Positions 27,623 through 39,915 of a stretch of 64,000 bases of DNA are shown here, piece by piece. The number at the start of each line of letters is the position of its first letter. The stretch's first letter is position 1. The notes under the pieces are model-generated. The model saw nothing but the letters and a program-made list of their open reading frames with translations, ran no database searches and had not been told where the DNA came from. The stretch comes from Camelus ferus (Eukaryota). A program made the position numbers and the translations under genes. The DNA lies in NCBI RefSeq assembly GCF_009834535.1, contig NC_045697.1, positions 60,514,001 to 60,578,000 of the forward strand, written 5' to 3'.

Positions 27623-28199
27623 AGGGAGTGGCCAAGACGGCAGAGTAGAAAGACCAAGTTTACACAGGAACACCAAGATTACAACTATTTAAAGAAGAGC
27701 TATAGATGAGAAAGACTGGAAGAAAGGATCTTCTGCAACTAAAGACAGAAAGAAGGAACCAGAATGAGACAGGTCGGAGGTGTGGAATCCCGGTATAGTC
27801 AAGGCCCATCCTCTGAGTCGGTGAGCCACAAACAGGAGGACGACTACAGTCTGAGAGCTTCTCCCCAAGGAGGGAGGGGTATGAGACTCTGAACTGGCTG
27901 CCCAGGGGTCCTACATCAAGACGACAGGCCCCCAACATTTGCCCCTGAAGGCCTGCAGGGCTTATTTTCAGGACGGCCAGAGGGCTGTAGGGTGTAGAGA
28001 TGCCACTATTAAAGGGTACGCACTGCTGATTCTAGAGCACCTCCTGGAGAGGCAGGAGGTAACCAGAGCTCACCCTGGGGACACGGACACTATTAGCAGC
28101 CATTTTAGGGAGTTAGTTCTACCAGGAGGTCACTGATACTGACAAATAACATTCTCGAATCCTTGTTCTAGCTTATTAATGCCGAGACCTGGCCCCACA

Positions 28200-28940
28200 C
28201 ACCAGTACCGGGACACCTCAGGCCAAGCAACTAGCTGGGTGGACAAAGATCCAAACCACGGAATGCCTGCTGCCTTAAGGCCCCCGGGCCCACAGCCACC
28301 CTTTGACCTGGGTCTGTCCACCAGAGGGCTCAGGACTAATCCCTGTGCAACAGTGTGTTGGCACTAGCCCCAGGACCGCTTGGGGCCCTACAGACAGCTA
28401 CTGGGACCCTGCCATGACAACCATCAGACCAAAAGCAACTATGAGACTCCCAGAACGCTGCAGCCAGAGACTCCAGGACAGAGCTCCAGTCACCAGTGAG
28501 CCAGCACCACCCGTAGGAACAGGTCACACAGCAATGGGCAGGCACCAACCCCTGGACCACCGGGCCTCCAGGCCTGCCCATCAGCAGGCTGGCACACTAA
28601 CTTAGGATCCCAGGTCCCTGCAGCCAGAGATACTGGGACATAGACCTCCCCTCAACCAATAGACTAAAGCTTTGGGATACCCCAGACCCTGCAGCCAACA
28701 GTGTGTGAAACCAGCCCCACCCACCAGCAAGATGACACTAGATCTTGGACCCTGGGCCCTGTATCCACCTACTGTAACCACCCACCAGTGGGTCAACAAT
28801 ACCCCTGGGACTCCCAGGACTCTGCAGCCAGCCTCCTCAATACTTTGTCCCAACCACCAGTGGGCCATAGTTTCCCAAAAAGGCTGAGCCTGGAAACCAA
28901 CCAGACAGGGGTCCAGCCACGCCTACCAAACCACCCAGAG
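28200..28940 (+). repeat. Degenerate ~60-75 bp tandem array in the L1 5'UTR
   Basis: Recurring GGGAC(T)CC..CTGCAGCCA ... CCACCAG. The CTGCAGCCA core occurs at 28458, 28618, 28689 and 28822. Confidence 0.65.
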
Positions 28941-29128
28941 TTGTCAGATTGCCACAGCAGAAGGACTAATGCAGCTCACACAGGGGGCAGCCCTAGAGCA
29001 CACAGCTCTAAAGGGTGGTGCACTGCTGGACTCATAAGATGTCTCTTACAAAAGGACATTTCTCCAAGGCCAGGAAACATAACCTACATAGCAAATATAT
29101 GGAAATAAGACCAGCAAATCAGGCAAAG

Positions 29129-30020
29129 TTAGGTGACAGAGGATCGTGTTACAAATGATGGAACAAATGACAGAAAAAGGTAAAACCTCAGGTGGAGAAC
29201 TAAAAGTGGAGATAAGCAATCAGTCTAATAAAGAGTTCAAGATAATGATCATAAAGATGCTCAAAAAATTCAAGAGAAGATTGGATAAACAGACTGACAA
29301 ATTAGAAGTTTTTAACAAAAAATAGAAAATATAAAGAACAACCAAACAGAGGTGAAGAATACAATAAACACAATGAAAAGTATACTACAAGGAATCAACA
29401 ATAGAGTAGATGATACAGAGGAGCAGATCAGTGAGCTGGAAGAAAGAATATTGAAAATCACTGAAGCTGAACAGAAAAAATTATAAGTAAAAAGAAATGA
29501 GGACAGTTTAAGGGACCTCTAGGACAATACCAAGCATACTAACATTTGCATGATAGAGGTCCCAGAGGAGAAGAGAGAAAGGGACAGAGAACATATTAGA
29601 AGCCACAATAGCTGAAAACTTCCTTTGCCTTGAAAAGGGTACAGACACCCACGTCCAAGAAGCACAGAGAGTCCCAAACAGGATCAACCCCAAGAGGAAC
29701 ACACCAAGGTACACTGTAATTAAAAAGGCAAAAATTAAAGATAAAGAGAAAATATTAAAAACAGCAAGGGAAAAACAACGCGTTACATACAAGGGAATTC
29801 CCATAGGCTATAAGCTGATTTTTCAGCAGAAACTCTGCAGGTGAGACGGTGTGGCATGATATATTTAAAGTGACAAAAGGGAAAACCTACAACCAATAAT
29901 ACTCTACCTGGCAAGGCTTTCATTCAGATTTCACGGAAAGATCAAAAGTTTTACAGAAAAGTAAAACCTAAAAAAGTTTATTAGCACCACCAAACCAGCT
30001 TTACAAGAAATGTTAAACAA
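29129..30020 (+). pseudogene. L1 ORF1p, disrupted
   Basis: Motifs QEAQRVPNRINPKRNTPR, KILKTAREKQRVTYKG and QPIILYLARLSF are readable, with stops and frameshifts. Confidence 0.88.
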
Positions 30021-30409
30021 AATGCTAAATTTAAAAAAAAGGCCAAAACTAGAAATGTGAAAATTATGAAGGGAAAAATCTCATTAATAAAGGCAAATAT
30101 AGAGGAAACACAGTCGACCAACAATGTATAAACTAATGGGAAGGTTAAAAGACAGACAAAAGTAGTAAAATTATCTATATCAAAAATAAGTAGTTAAAAG
30201 ATACAAAAAACAAAAATATGTAAAATACATTCGAAACAGTAAACAAGGGGAAGGAGTAAAAAGTAGGGTAGTTAAAATGTGTATAAACTTAAGATACCAA
30301 AAATTTAAAATAATCAAACGACACTAAAGATAGTCATCAAACCACAAAGAAGCAAAAGTAGAAGGATCGAAAAAGAATGACAAAACAACACAAAAACAAT
30401 GAACAAAAT

Positions 30410-31400
30410 AGCAATAAGTACATACCTGTCAATAACTATATAAATAGGCTAAATGCTCAATCAAAAGATGGAGTGGCTGAATGCATAAAAAGAAACAAAT
30501 CCTGGGGGATGTATGTCTCAGTGGTATTATGGGTGCCTACCATGCACAAGGTCCTGGGTTCAATCCCCAGTACTTGCATGAAAAATAAATAATAACCTAA
30601 CTACCCCCCACAACAAATTAATTAATCAAAAAAGAGAAACAAATCTTTTATATATATATATTATATATATAACATATATGCTGGATACAAGATATTTACG
30701 TCTGATCTAAAGACACACAATAGACTGAAAGTGAGGGAATGGAAAAATGCATTCCATGCAAACAGAAATTTTAAAAAAGTAGAGGTAGCCATATTAATAT
30801 CAGACAAAATAGACTTTAAAACAAACGAACAAAGGACAAAGAAGAACATTTATAATGATTAAGGGATCAACCCAAGAAGATTTAACAGTTGTAAACATAC
30901 ATGTACCCAATATAGGAGCATCTAGATACATAGGTAATTAACAGATATAAAGGGAGAAATTGACAATAACACAATAATAGGGGACTTTAACACCCATTTA
31001 AATCAATGGACAGATCATCCAGACAGGAAATCAATAAAGAAACATGAACTTAAGTGACACATTAGACCAAATGACCTCAACAGATAATATGTAGAACATT
31101 CTAACAAAAAGCAGCAGAACACACACCATTTTCAAGTGCACATGAAACACTCTCCAGGATAGATCATATGCTAGGCCACAGAACAAGTCTCAGTAAATTT
31201 AAGAACACTGAAATGATATCAAGTATCTCTTTCGACCACAGCACCACAAGACTAGAAATCAGCTATAAGAAAAAAAAAACCAAAAAACTTCAAAAAACAT
31301 GAACACATGCAGGCTAAACCATATGCTACTGAACAACTAATAAACTGCTGAATAAACTGAAAGAAATAAAAATATACCTGAAAACACAATAATCCAAAAT
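30410..31400 (+). pseudogene. L1 ORF2p APE endonuclease domain, disrupted
   Basis: VAILISDKIDFK, VNIHVPN, GDFNTP, FSSAHETLSRIDHMLGH and DHSTTRLEI motifs. Interrupted by a SINE and a TA tract. Confidence 0.88.
30504..30634 (+). mobile_element. tRNA-derived SINE, Vic-1-like (camelid)
   Basis: A-box-like TGTCTCAGTGG, B box GGTTCAATCCC, tail AAAAATAAATAATAACCTAACTACCCCCC. 11-bp TSD AGAAACAAATC at 30491-30501 and 30635-30645. Confidence 0.88.
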
Positions 31401-31579
31401 ATTAAAAATGTATCTACCATATGATTCAGCACTTCCACTCCTGGGTATTTATCCAAAGAAAACAAAAACATTTATCTGCAAAAATATATGCACCTCTAAG
31501 TTCACTGCAGCATTATTTACAATACCCAGTTTATAGAAGCAAACTATCAACGAATGGATAGCGAAGATGTGGGGTGTGT

Positions 31580-31589
<10 letters not shown>

Positions 31590-31619
<30 letters not shown>
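31590..31619. repeat. (AC)15 microsatellite in L1
   Basis: Read directly. Confidence 0.95.
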
Positions 31620-31620
<1 letters not shown>

Positions 31621-32438
31621 ATGGAATATTACTCAGCCATAAAAAGAATGAAATCTTGCCATTTGTGGCAACGTGGACAATATGGATGAATCTAGAGGAC
31701 ATTATGTTAAATAAGTTAAACAGAGGAAGACAAATACTATATGATTTAATTTATATGTGTAACCTTAAAAAAAAAAAGACAAATGAACAAACATATCAAA
31801 ATAGAAACCATTATGGATACAGAAAAGAAACAGATGGTTGTCAGGGAGAGGGAGGGGGAGTGGAAGAAAGAAACAGGTGAGGGAGATTGAGAGGTACAAA
31901 CTTCCACTTGCAAAATAAAGGAGTCACAGGTATGAAATAAACAGTATGGGGAATATAGTCAACAAATACATAATATATTTGTATAGTGACATTTGTAATC
32001 AGAGTCATTGTGGTGATCATATTGAAATGTATAGAAACGTTGAATCACTATGTTGTATAACAGGAACTAAAAGGTCAAATACATTTTAAAAAACAAACTC
32101 ATAGAAAAAGAAACCAGATTTGTGGTTACCAGAAGAGGAGGTTGGGGAGGGGAAATTACAAATTCCAGTAGTAAGATAAATAAGTACTAGGGATATAATG
32201 TACAATATGATAAATATAACTAACACTGCTGTATGTTATATATGACAGTTGTTGAGAGTAAGCCTCATCACAAGGACATTTAAAAAATTTTTATATGTAT
32301 ATGAGATGATGGATGTTCACTAAACTTACTGTGATAACCATTTCATGATATACGTAATTCAAATCATTATGCTTTACACCTTAAACTTATACAATGCTAT
32401 ATGCCAATTATATATCAGTAAAACTGAGGCGTGGGGGA

Positions 32439-32703
32439 AAGACATCTCCTGACCAATGAACATCTGCCAAGAATCTCTCCCCATCCTCAAGGTAATGAAC
32501 TTATTCCTTGAATACTGGCGGGACTTCCCCTCCCTTTGCTCTCCTTCTCCATAAATACAGCCTGCCCCAAACCCTCAAGGAACTTGCCAGTACCTGGTTA
32601 CAGCACGTGCTTCCCAAACTGCAATTTCTCTGCTGCTCTTGAATAAACTCAATTTCTAGTAATTTGAGCTGGCCTCAATTTACCTTTCTGATTTAGATTG
32701 CCA
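32439..32703 (+). mobile_element. ERV1-class solo LTR, 3' part
   Basis: CCAAT, TATA-like CATAAATA and polyA signal GAATAAACTC. Ends TTAGATTGCCA, followed by TSD AGTC (vs ACTC). Confidence 0.72.
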
Positions 32704-32795
32704 AGTCCCACAACCCTAGAGTCTTGGAGGGCAGATCAGGTATGGGTTCTCATAAATCAATATTTTAAACTATATTCACAGGAATTCTTGATGAC
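32704..32795 (+). mobile_element. MER5-like DNA transposon, right part
   Basis: CCCACAACCCTAGAG...GGTATGGG...ATTTTAAAC..TTCACAGGAATTCTTGATG continues the MER5 pattern from 27478. Confidence 0.55.
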
Positions 32796-32834
32796 ACACA
32801 CACACACCCAAAAAATCAATGCTTTCTAAAAATT

Positions 32835-33010
32835 TGTTCTAGCTGTGTCACTTTGATGAAGTTAAATAACCACGTAGGGCCCAGTTTTTTATCACTTATC
32901 AAATGCAAATTAAACTACAGCCTACTTCATGGAATACTTTTAGTATTAAGTGAGATGATACAAGAAATGAATTTAGAACAGTGCCTAGTTTGAATGAAGC
33001 ACTCCATCAA
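32835..33010 (+). mobile_element. MIR SINE
   Basis: TAGCTGTGTCACTTTGATGAAGTTA...CAGTTTTTTATCACTTATCAAATG...ATTAAGTGAGATGATAC...TTAGAACAGTGCCTAG. Confidence 0.78.
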
Positions 33011-36000
33011 AATGACCTATTTATGGTTCTGGTCATGCTAATTTTAATCTATACATGGTTATAAAAGTAATAGATGGAGTACCCTCCTTTCTTTTTAGAG
33101 GATGATCAACACCTACATGAAAAGGTTTTAGAGGAAGGTGTATCCTGGAGACAGACCAGGTTTTCCTTGAGGCAAGGAAATACTGGAAACATTAAGAAAC
33201 ATGCTTGAGGGGAAAAAAAAACGACAGTTTGTTAACCCTATTGCAGAAGTTCCGAATAGCCTAGTGGTTCAGTTGGAGATATGAGAGCGGGAGGTGTATA
33301 TTTCAGTACAGAAGAATCATTGATAAATGTGGGATTTACCATAGTCTCTCACTGTTTTGTTAATAGCTTTAACTGGATTTTATTATTTTCTTTCACTCTC
33401 ATCCCTACCTGCCAAAATTCCAATATGAGATTAATCGAAATGTTTGCCATCTAAACATCTATATAAGCGTTCCTGGAGAAAAGTCATCTCATTGCATAAT
33501 ATTAACACTGCTATGAGAGTAACTATGTAGGCTCATTAGTCATATTGACTAATCATAGTTATAGTCATTAGTCATACTGACCCTGGAAAGATGTAAATAA
33601 GCTTGATGGCAAGGAATGATTTATTTAAAGGCTTTAAATAAAAAAATAGAATCAGAGATGCTCTAGCAACCTTGTGATCTTTCTGGATGCCTTTTTTATT
33701 GTTTCATGTGATGAACATGGTCACTGACAGTTCTGGGACAAATATTTGAGCTGCATGACCAGAAAAGCAAAAAAGAATTTCCCCCAGAGTAACTCCAATT
33801 AGAAATATCTTGGTGAAGAAATCTGATTGCTTCAACTTGTCATATAACCACTCATATTGTGGTTCAGTGACTATTATTATTATTATAAAGAAAGGCTCTG
33901 GCCTTTCTAAAACTGTATTATACTCACCTGTTTATTTTTCTACATCAAACACACTATAAACTCTACCAGGGAAAGAACAGTCTTGTAAAGTCACCATTAT
34001 ACTTCTCAAGATTAGAACAGGGTCTAATGAATAGTAAATATCCAATAACTATGTAGGGAATGAATGGGTTAAGAATTTCAAAACTTTCTGCAGGTATGAT
34101 TTGATAAGTTTCTATTTCTGATGATAAATTCCATTACTCCATGAAAGCCTATAATCTCAAAATTGACTAGATGTATTTTATTCCTTTCATTTAGGTCCTC
34201 CCTCAAATAATATAACACTTTTGTTAAATGCCTGGATTATAGTAGTGTTACATCTGTAACCTCATTATCCACTTAAATTGTTTTCAGAACTAAGCATATG
34301 TATTGTTATCATAAAGAGCTGCCTATGGGTCTGACGGAGCATTTGTTAAGCAAAAGGTTATATGCACATGGAATAAAATGACTCAAGTGTAAAGCTAAAG
34401 TGAGAGCAAAACATACTTTGACCTATGGTTTTTTAAAGTTCGCCAAAGCCAGATGAGATCAAGATATTCCGTTTGACATATCTCTTCCATTTTCCATTAG
34501 GATTTCTTTACAAGAATCTTAGAGGAAAATAACATATGGGAGAAAATGCAAGTATGTAATAAAGAATGTGTCTTTTGCCTATTAAAATTATGTTCTTTGA
34601 TTTTTTTTTTTTAATCAGGGAGTAAAAAGTGGTATCTGAGAAAAGGATTTCTAATAACTTTAGAAAAGAATAAACAAATTATAACAGGTAAAAGAGTCTT
34701 AGTTTCTAAAATAAAAGAATGAATTTTTAACATAAGAAAAATATAAAAAGCCATTTTTGTGCTTTGGGAAGACAAACTAAGAATTTACTGAGTTATCAAA
34801 AGTACCAATGGCTAAATTATATCCATATATTCAAACACAAAAATAGTACCCACTATACGTATATACAGACATACTTTTTTCCTAAATGCATGTGTTTATG
34901 TAATATATGTGAGAACATATGTTGATTTATAAAGTATTTTTGTTAAAAATAACATAAACTATTAGTATACTTCTAGAAATAAAAAGCATGTGCTCATGTA
35001 AAAGCTACAAATTTGTGCATCTGAAAAATATTGATGCTGTTCCAAGTCCTAAACGCACTCATTAAATTATTTAATAGGTTTATTAAAAAGCAAAAGCAAA
35101 ACTTTTAAAATGTAACGTAAGAACCATTTATTACTATTACTTTTTAAGAGTGTAAGTTATAATTTCCCTTTTGCTGCAATAGTGTGTGACACTAATCCAT
35201 AACTGCAGGCTTTGCTCTGCCATAATTGTCAGTGCTAATTGAGTAGGCTATTGAAATAACTTATCTATGATAAGTAAGGATGGTCATAAGTCAGCCGACT
35301 TAGACATTTGAAAGCTAAAATGTTTCAGCTTTCACAGAGCTGTTGATTCTTACTGAGACTTCAGTAAAATCACCAGGAATGTATTTAATAGCATCCTACT
35401 TCTCTCTAAACTCATCAGTTTAATTCATTCAAAGTAAGTCTATCCCTAACAGTCCAGGAAAAAATCATTGGTCTTCTGACGATCTTTGTGGGTTTGCAGA
35501 GTTTGATTAATCTCTCCACTTTGATATTCCAGAGTTAGCAATGAGTTTGATCCCTCCTAATCAATGATATATGGCAGCTACAGAGGTGAGCAATCAAACT
35601 GCCAATGAGGGAGCCAAAGGGGGTTTAACCTTTCATTCATTTGCTATCCAGTCAAAGATACATTTTACTCAATGATCTCATAAGACAAGTTTTATCTGAG
35701 GTGCTATGGGAGTTCTATAAATTGTATAATTTCTCAGTTCTGAATTATTATTAGAGTGACATGTTTTCATTAAAAAATAGAGTTTGAATAACACTATACT
35801 GATTTGTAAATGTATGTAAAAGTATATATTATATATAAATAGAAATGTACATACATACACTATAACTTGTATAAAACTATAATATCAGATTTTTTAAGAC
35901 TTGATTTCATGATATTAAAAGTGATGTGGGAAGAAAAGGGAAAACAATGGAAATCCACAAAATACCCAGTTTTCCTTCATATGCTGCTCTTTCTGAGGCA

Positions 36001-36049
36001 CAGTTATTTGCCTTATATGGACAGATGGCCATTAGGATGGAGAAAATGG

Positions 36050-36300
36050 TCAGATTCAGGAGAAATGTAAGAGAGACAAGCAATAAGAACAAGTATTGTA
36101 TTGAACACGGGATGAGGAGACAAAGATGTCATGGGGTCTCCTAAGCTTAGTTTTGGCACAAATGTCTAGATGGTGGTACCTTTCAGGAGGACACTGAACA
36201 TAATAAAATTACATTTCAAGAGGAATCATGAGTTCATCATTGGGTATATTCAGCTGCCACTGAGACATTAAAGTGAAAATGTTGAACAGACAAGTATAGG
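36050..36300 (-). mobile_element. L2 fragment
   Basis: CAGATTCAGGAGAAAT...CATGAGTTCATCATTGGGTATATT...TTGAACAGACA, L2 antisense-like. Confidence 0.5.
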
Positions 36301-37252
36301 CAGTTTTTCAAATTAACATAATAGATTTCCTAATTTTAAATTTTAGCAAACTCTAGTATAGAGTTCAGCTCATATAAAGGCATAAATTATTCATATTACA
36401 AGGCCATGGGAAAAAATGATAACAACACATTTTGAATCTGCTCTATCATTTACTATATTATGACATTAAGCATTATCTTACATCATAATTCTCCATTTAA
36501 GAAACACAGGTAAAATCTCTAGAACTAGGAAAAAACAAACATGTTGCCTAAAACGTCAGCTTTTTAGAGTACATGATGAGACTTCCTTTTTTCTACTTTC
36601 AGTTGTCATCTGTTTGTCAAATTTAGTTAAAAAACTTCTGAGAACCTTCACTTTCTCCAAGGCAGTAAATCTGTAAAGCTTTTCAAAAAAAAAGGCTCTC
36701 TATATTTCTATCTACCTACCTGTATATTCCTGAGTCTTTTCCCCCCTCCGTATTTCTATTCCCTCTTAGAGTCAAGAAAATTAATTCACTGCTTCTCACA
36801 ACCTCAAAAAGCTAGCATATAAAAAAACAACCTATATATACAGGATCACTCAGAGAGGACACTTCTTTTTTCCTCAACCTGAAAACATTTATTTAGCCAT
36901 TTTATTTTACCAAATCAAAGCACAGACAAAAACATTAGAAAAGAATCAACGTTACATATTGTATGAGCCAGTAAACATTCTTTTAGAAAGGGTTGGCCAA
37001 GTGCTAATTAAGTGCTCTGCTGATTCCCTTTACTTTTCCTGAGGGTTTATTCTTTCTTCAAAGTAGCATCACCTGAACCTCTGAATACATTTGCTATTTA
37101 GTACTTTTGTTATTGCCAGTTTAGAGACATTCTTATCTGAGTTTGAAAAGAAATTTAGATCAAAAGCAAATGCTATCAGATCATAACACCTATTAAATCC
37201 CGAACTCACCCTGATAAACAGTAACTTTCTGAAGTTACCAGCGAACTGATTA

Positions 37253-37293
37253 AACTGAAAATAATTTAACTGAAAATAATTTAACTGAAATTT
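37253..37293. repeat. 15-bp tandem repeat AACTGAAAATAATTT, ~2.6 copies
   Basis: Read directly. Confidence 0.85.
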
Positions 37294-37489
37294 AAATCCC
37301 TACAATGATTTCCACCAAGTGAGTATAAAGCCACATATGGAAAAAAAGTAGAACAAATGCTATTCTGTTGGGTTATTATAAGACATGAATATTATTTAAA
37401 TCAATTTAAAAGCAGTTCCTAAATTTATATTTCATTATTAAAACATATCCTTCATTTTTTCTTTTTGAATGGCATTGAAAAATTATTAT

Positions 37490-37750
37490 TCACCCATTAT
37501 TCATCAGGTATTTACAAAAAACCTCCTATGAGGTAGGCATTCTCTTAATTATTAGGATATATGACATTAAAAAAGATGCATATTATCCCTGTGTTTGCAG
37601 AGCTTATTTTTGCAAAAGGACATAGACAATTAGATACCCCCAAATAATAACAATAAAGGTTAATAAATTATGACTAAGAAAGTATACAGTGCTATGGGAA
37701 TTCACAGAATGAGCACCTTATTAGTCTGGGGGGGGGGGTTAGGGGAGCCT
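37490..37750 (-). mobile_element. L2 3' end
   Basis: ATTCACCCATTATTCATCAGGTATTTA...CCTCCTATGAGGTAGGCATT...ACAGTGCTATGGGAATTCACAG. Confidence 0.68.
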
Positions 37751-37914
37751 AGGAACAATGATCATTACTCAGTATTTGTGGGACAGTAATCCAGGTATGT
37801 GTCAATCAACGTAAGTTTCTCATTTTAGTTTTTGTTGCTGCTGTTCCCTACTGTTTTATCTATTTAACTGATTAGTAAATTAGAATTTGATATAAGACAT
37901 AAGTACCTTAGCTA

Positions 37915-38358
37915 TGTCTCCGCCTCCTTCCTCGGTACATGCTGGGCAGACCTCCAACCACTGACACCTACATTTCTTTGTCTGGAGAGTTCCTCTGCAT
38001 CCTGGAGGCGTCTTATCCGCCATCACAGTAAGCTAGAAGCACCGAAGAGTTCACAGCCCTGAGAAGAAGCTCTCAAGCAATAACAAGTGGAAGCTTTTAT
38101 AACCTCAGCTCCCTCGCCCCTCAGGTGAGAGAATTCTGAGTCAGGTGTTCTACATTGGATATAGAGTTGAGTTCCCCAACAGACTGAGCTTCTTTAATCC
38201 AGTAAGCACGTGCTTAACTGTTAACACTTTATTGTCTGTTTTCCTCCAGTCTCATTTCCACGTCCCCCTACATGCATTTCCTGGGACCCTCCCAAAGAAA
38301 TTCTTTGCACCAAAATACTTGCCTCAGGGTATACCTCTGGGTAAATTCAAAATAAAAT
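37915..38358 (+). mobile_element. LTR33-like (ERVL) solo LTR
   Basis: CTCAGCTCCCTCGCCCCTCAGG..AATTCTGAG and 3' CTGGGACCCTCCCAAAGAAATTCTTTGCACCAAAATACTTGCCTCAGGGT. Confidence 0.75.
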
Positions 38359-39789
38359 GGTGAGTTTAAACTGGTGATTGTATGATTTCACAAATTTGAC
38401 CTCTATATGATCCTTGATGTTGAGAATTGGTTAATTTGTCTAAATCTTATACATTGTTTTTATACTGTCAAGTTTTTATATTTAAATATTGCCCCTGGCT
38501 AATTTGTACATATTGAGTGTATCATTTAGCAACGAAATAGTGTTATGAATTTTCCAGGAAGAAGCATTTATATGACTTGATTAATTTTTCTACTAGTTCA
38601 AAAATAATAAATATGTGTAAAATATATTTTTACTAAATACTATATAATAAAAATACATATGTAAATTGTTATTTTATATCCTAGGGGAAATGAAGAACAA
38701 AATAGATCAATTCATGTAGGTGATAATATTTATTCACTACTAAATCCCCAGCTCTTAAGGTGAGACTAGTACTTAACAAAAATTAATCAATATTTTATAA
38801 ATGAATGTCACAAGGACAAAGGTTAAATAGTCATTGAGACTGATTCTAAAGACAGGCCAGCACTGCAGGATTTGAGACTATGCTATTGACTATTTTTGTT
38901 TCTTTAAGAAAACTTGTTTTTTTAATCAGTGAGTACACAGCTTTAGAAGCATCAGGTGTGTCAAAAAGTAAAGGACCTACTTGAATACAGCACAGGGATC
39001 TCATGTTAAATGATTATCAGATTGAAGGAGATTGTGATTTATATCACCTGCAAGACACCATGAGCTGAAAGAGAAGTGATACAAGCAGAGCGCATGCTGT
39101 TTCCTGTGGTGCAGTAGTAGTTAGTGTAGCAAAAAGGTTACTGCCATTCATTTAAGCAAAATGGGCATTTTATGTACCTTCACTGTCAGACAAGATGCAG
39201 TTGAGCAATGCTTTTGTCGAATATTATAAAGGGCATGAGTGACGGTGGTGGGGGATGAGGCAAGGGGAGAGAAAAAGCTATTTCATCTACTGCTAGCCAG
39301 CCCAAGAGAACAGCTATTCTCTTTCCAGTAGAGTATCAAGTGAGTTTTCAAATGACCCCAGCACTTTCTCCTCAAAGAAAATCTTTCTAGGTGGGCAATT
39401 CAAACATTTATTATTGACTCAATAGGAAAAGAAAAAAAAGAAAAAAAATATTTGGGCTTCCTTGCAATATGCTGTTTCGCTCTCCTTGAAACAAAGGAAA
39501 TTGGAATTCCCATATTTACTAAGTAGGTTGCCCTGTTTGGGAAGTATGGCTATTTCTAGTAACATATGAATAACTAATACTTACTTTATAACTAGCCTCC
39601 TAGGGTGACCTGAAGATTTAAATAAATCATGAACATTTTTTCTGATGTTTTTACTTATAACTATAAAAGGCTATGTTATGGGAAATAACTAACTGATTTA
39701 CAGTTCTGAGCAAAAATGATAATGATGAACAGTTATCATGATCTAGACGGAGCAATCACCTTATACTAGAACAAGAGACCTGTCAAATA

Positions 39790-39915
39790 GCTAGCATTTA
39801 CTTAATTTTATCCTCACAGCTGCCCAATAAAAACTATTATCACTATTTCCATTTTAAAGACAAGGAAAACTAAGTCTTAGAGTGGTTAAATAAATTTTCC
39901 ACAGCCAAAACAACT
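39790..39915 (-). mobile_element. MIR SINE
   Basis: ATCCTCACAGC...TTTCCATTTTAAAGACAAGGAAAACTAAGTCTTAGAGTGGTTAAATAA (antisense MIR core). Confidence 0.72.

Larger units (their letters stand above)
27623..32438 (+). mobile_element. L1 with 5'UTR, ORF1, ORF2 endonuclease and 3'UTR; RT region deleted
   Basis: 5' GGGAGTGGCCAAGACGGC (YY1-like), GC-richer 5'UTR, ORF1 and EN homology, L1MA-type 3'UTR. Degenerate TSD AAGACTTATCTTCT (27609-27622) / AAGACATCTCCT (32439-32450). Confidence 0.92.

Noticed and set aside
28200..28940. CRISPR-like repeat-spacer array
   Set aside because: Units are degenerate along their whole length with irregular spacing, lie in a mammalian L1 UTR, and have no cas genes nearby.
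27660..29108. Dense cluster of overlapping ORFs on both strands (possible ORF0-like gene)
   Set aside because: Explained by the GC-rich, stop-poor L1 5'UTR array. No recognisable protein motif.
30504..30575. tRNA gene
   Set aside because: It has A/B boxes but no intact cloverleaf. The SINE tail and TSD identify it as a retroposed SINE.
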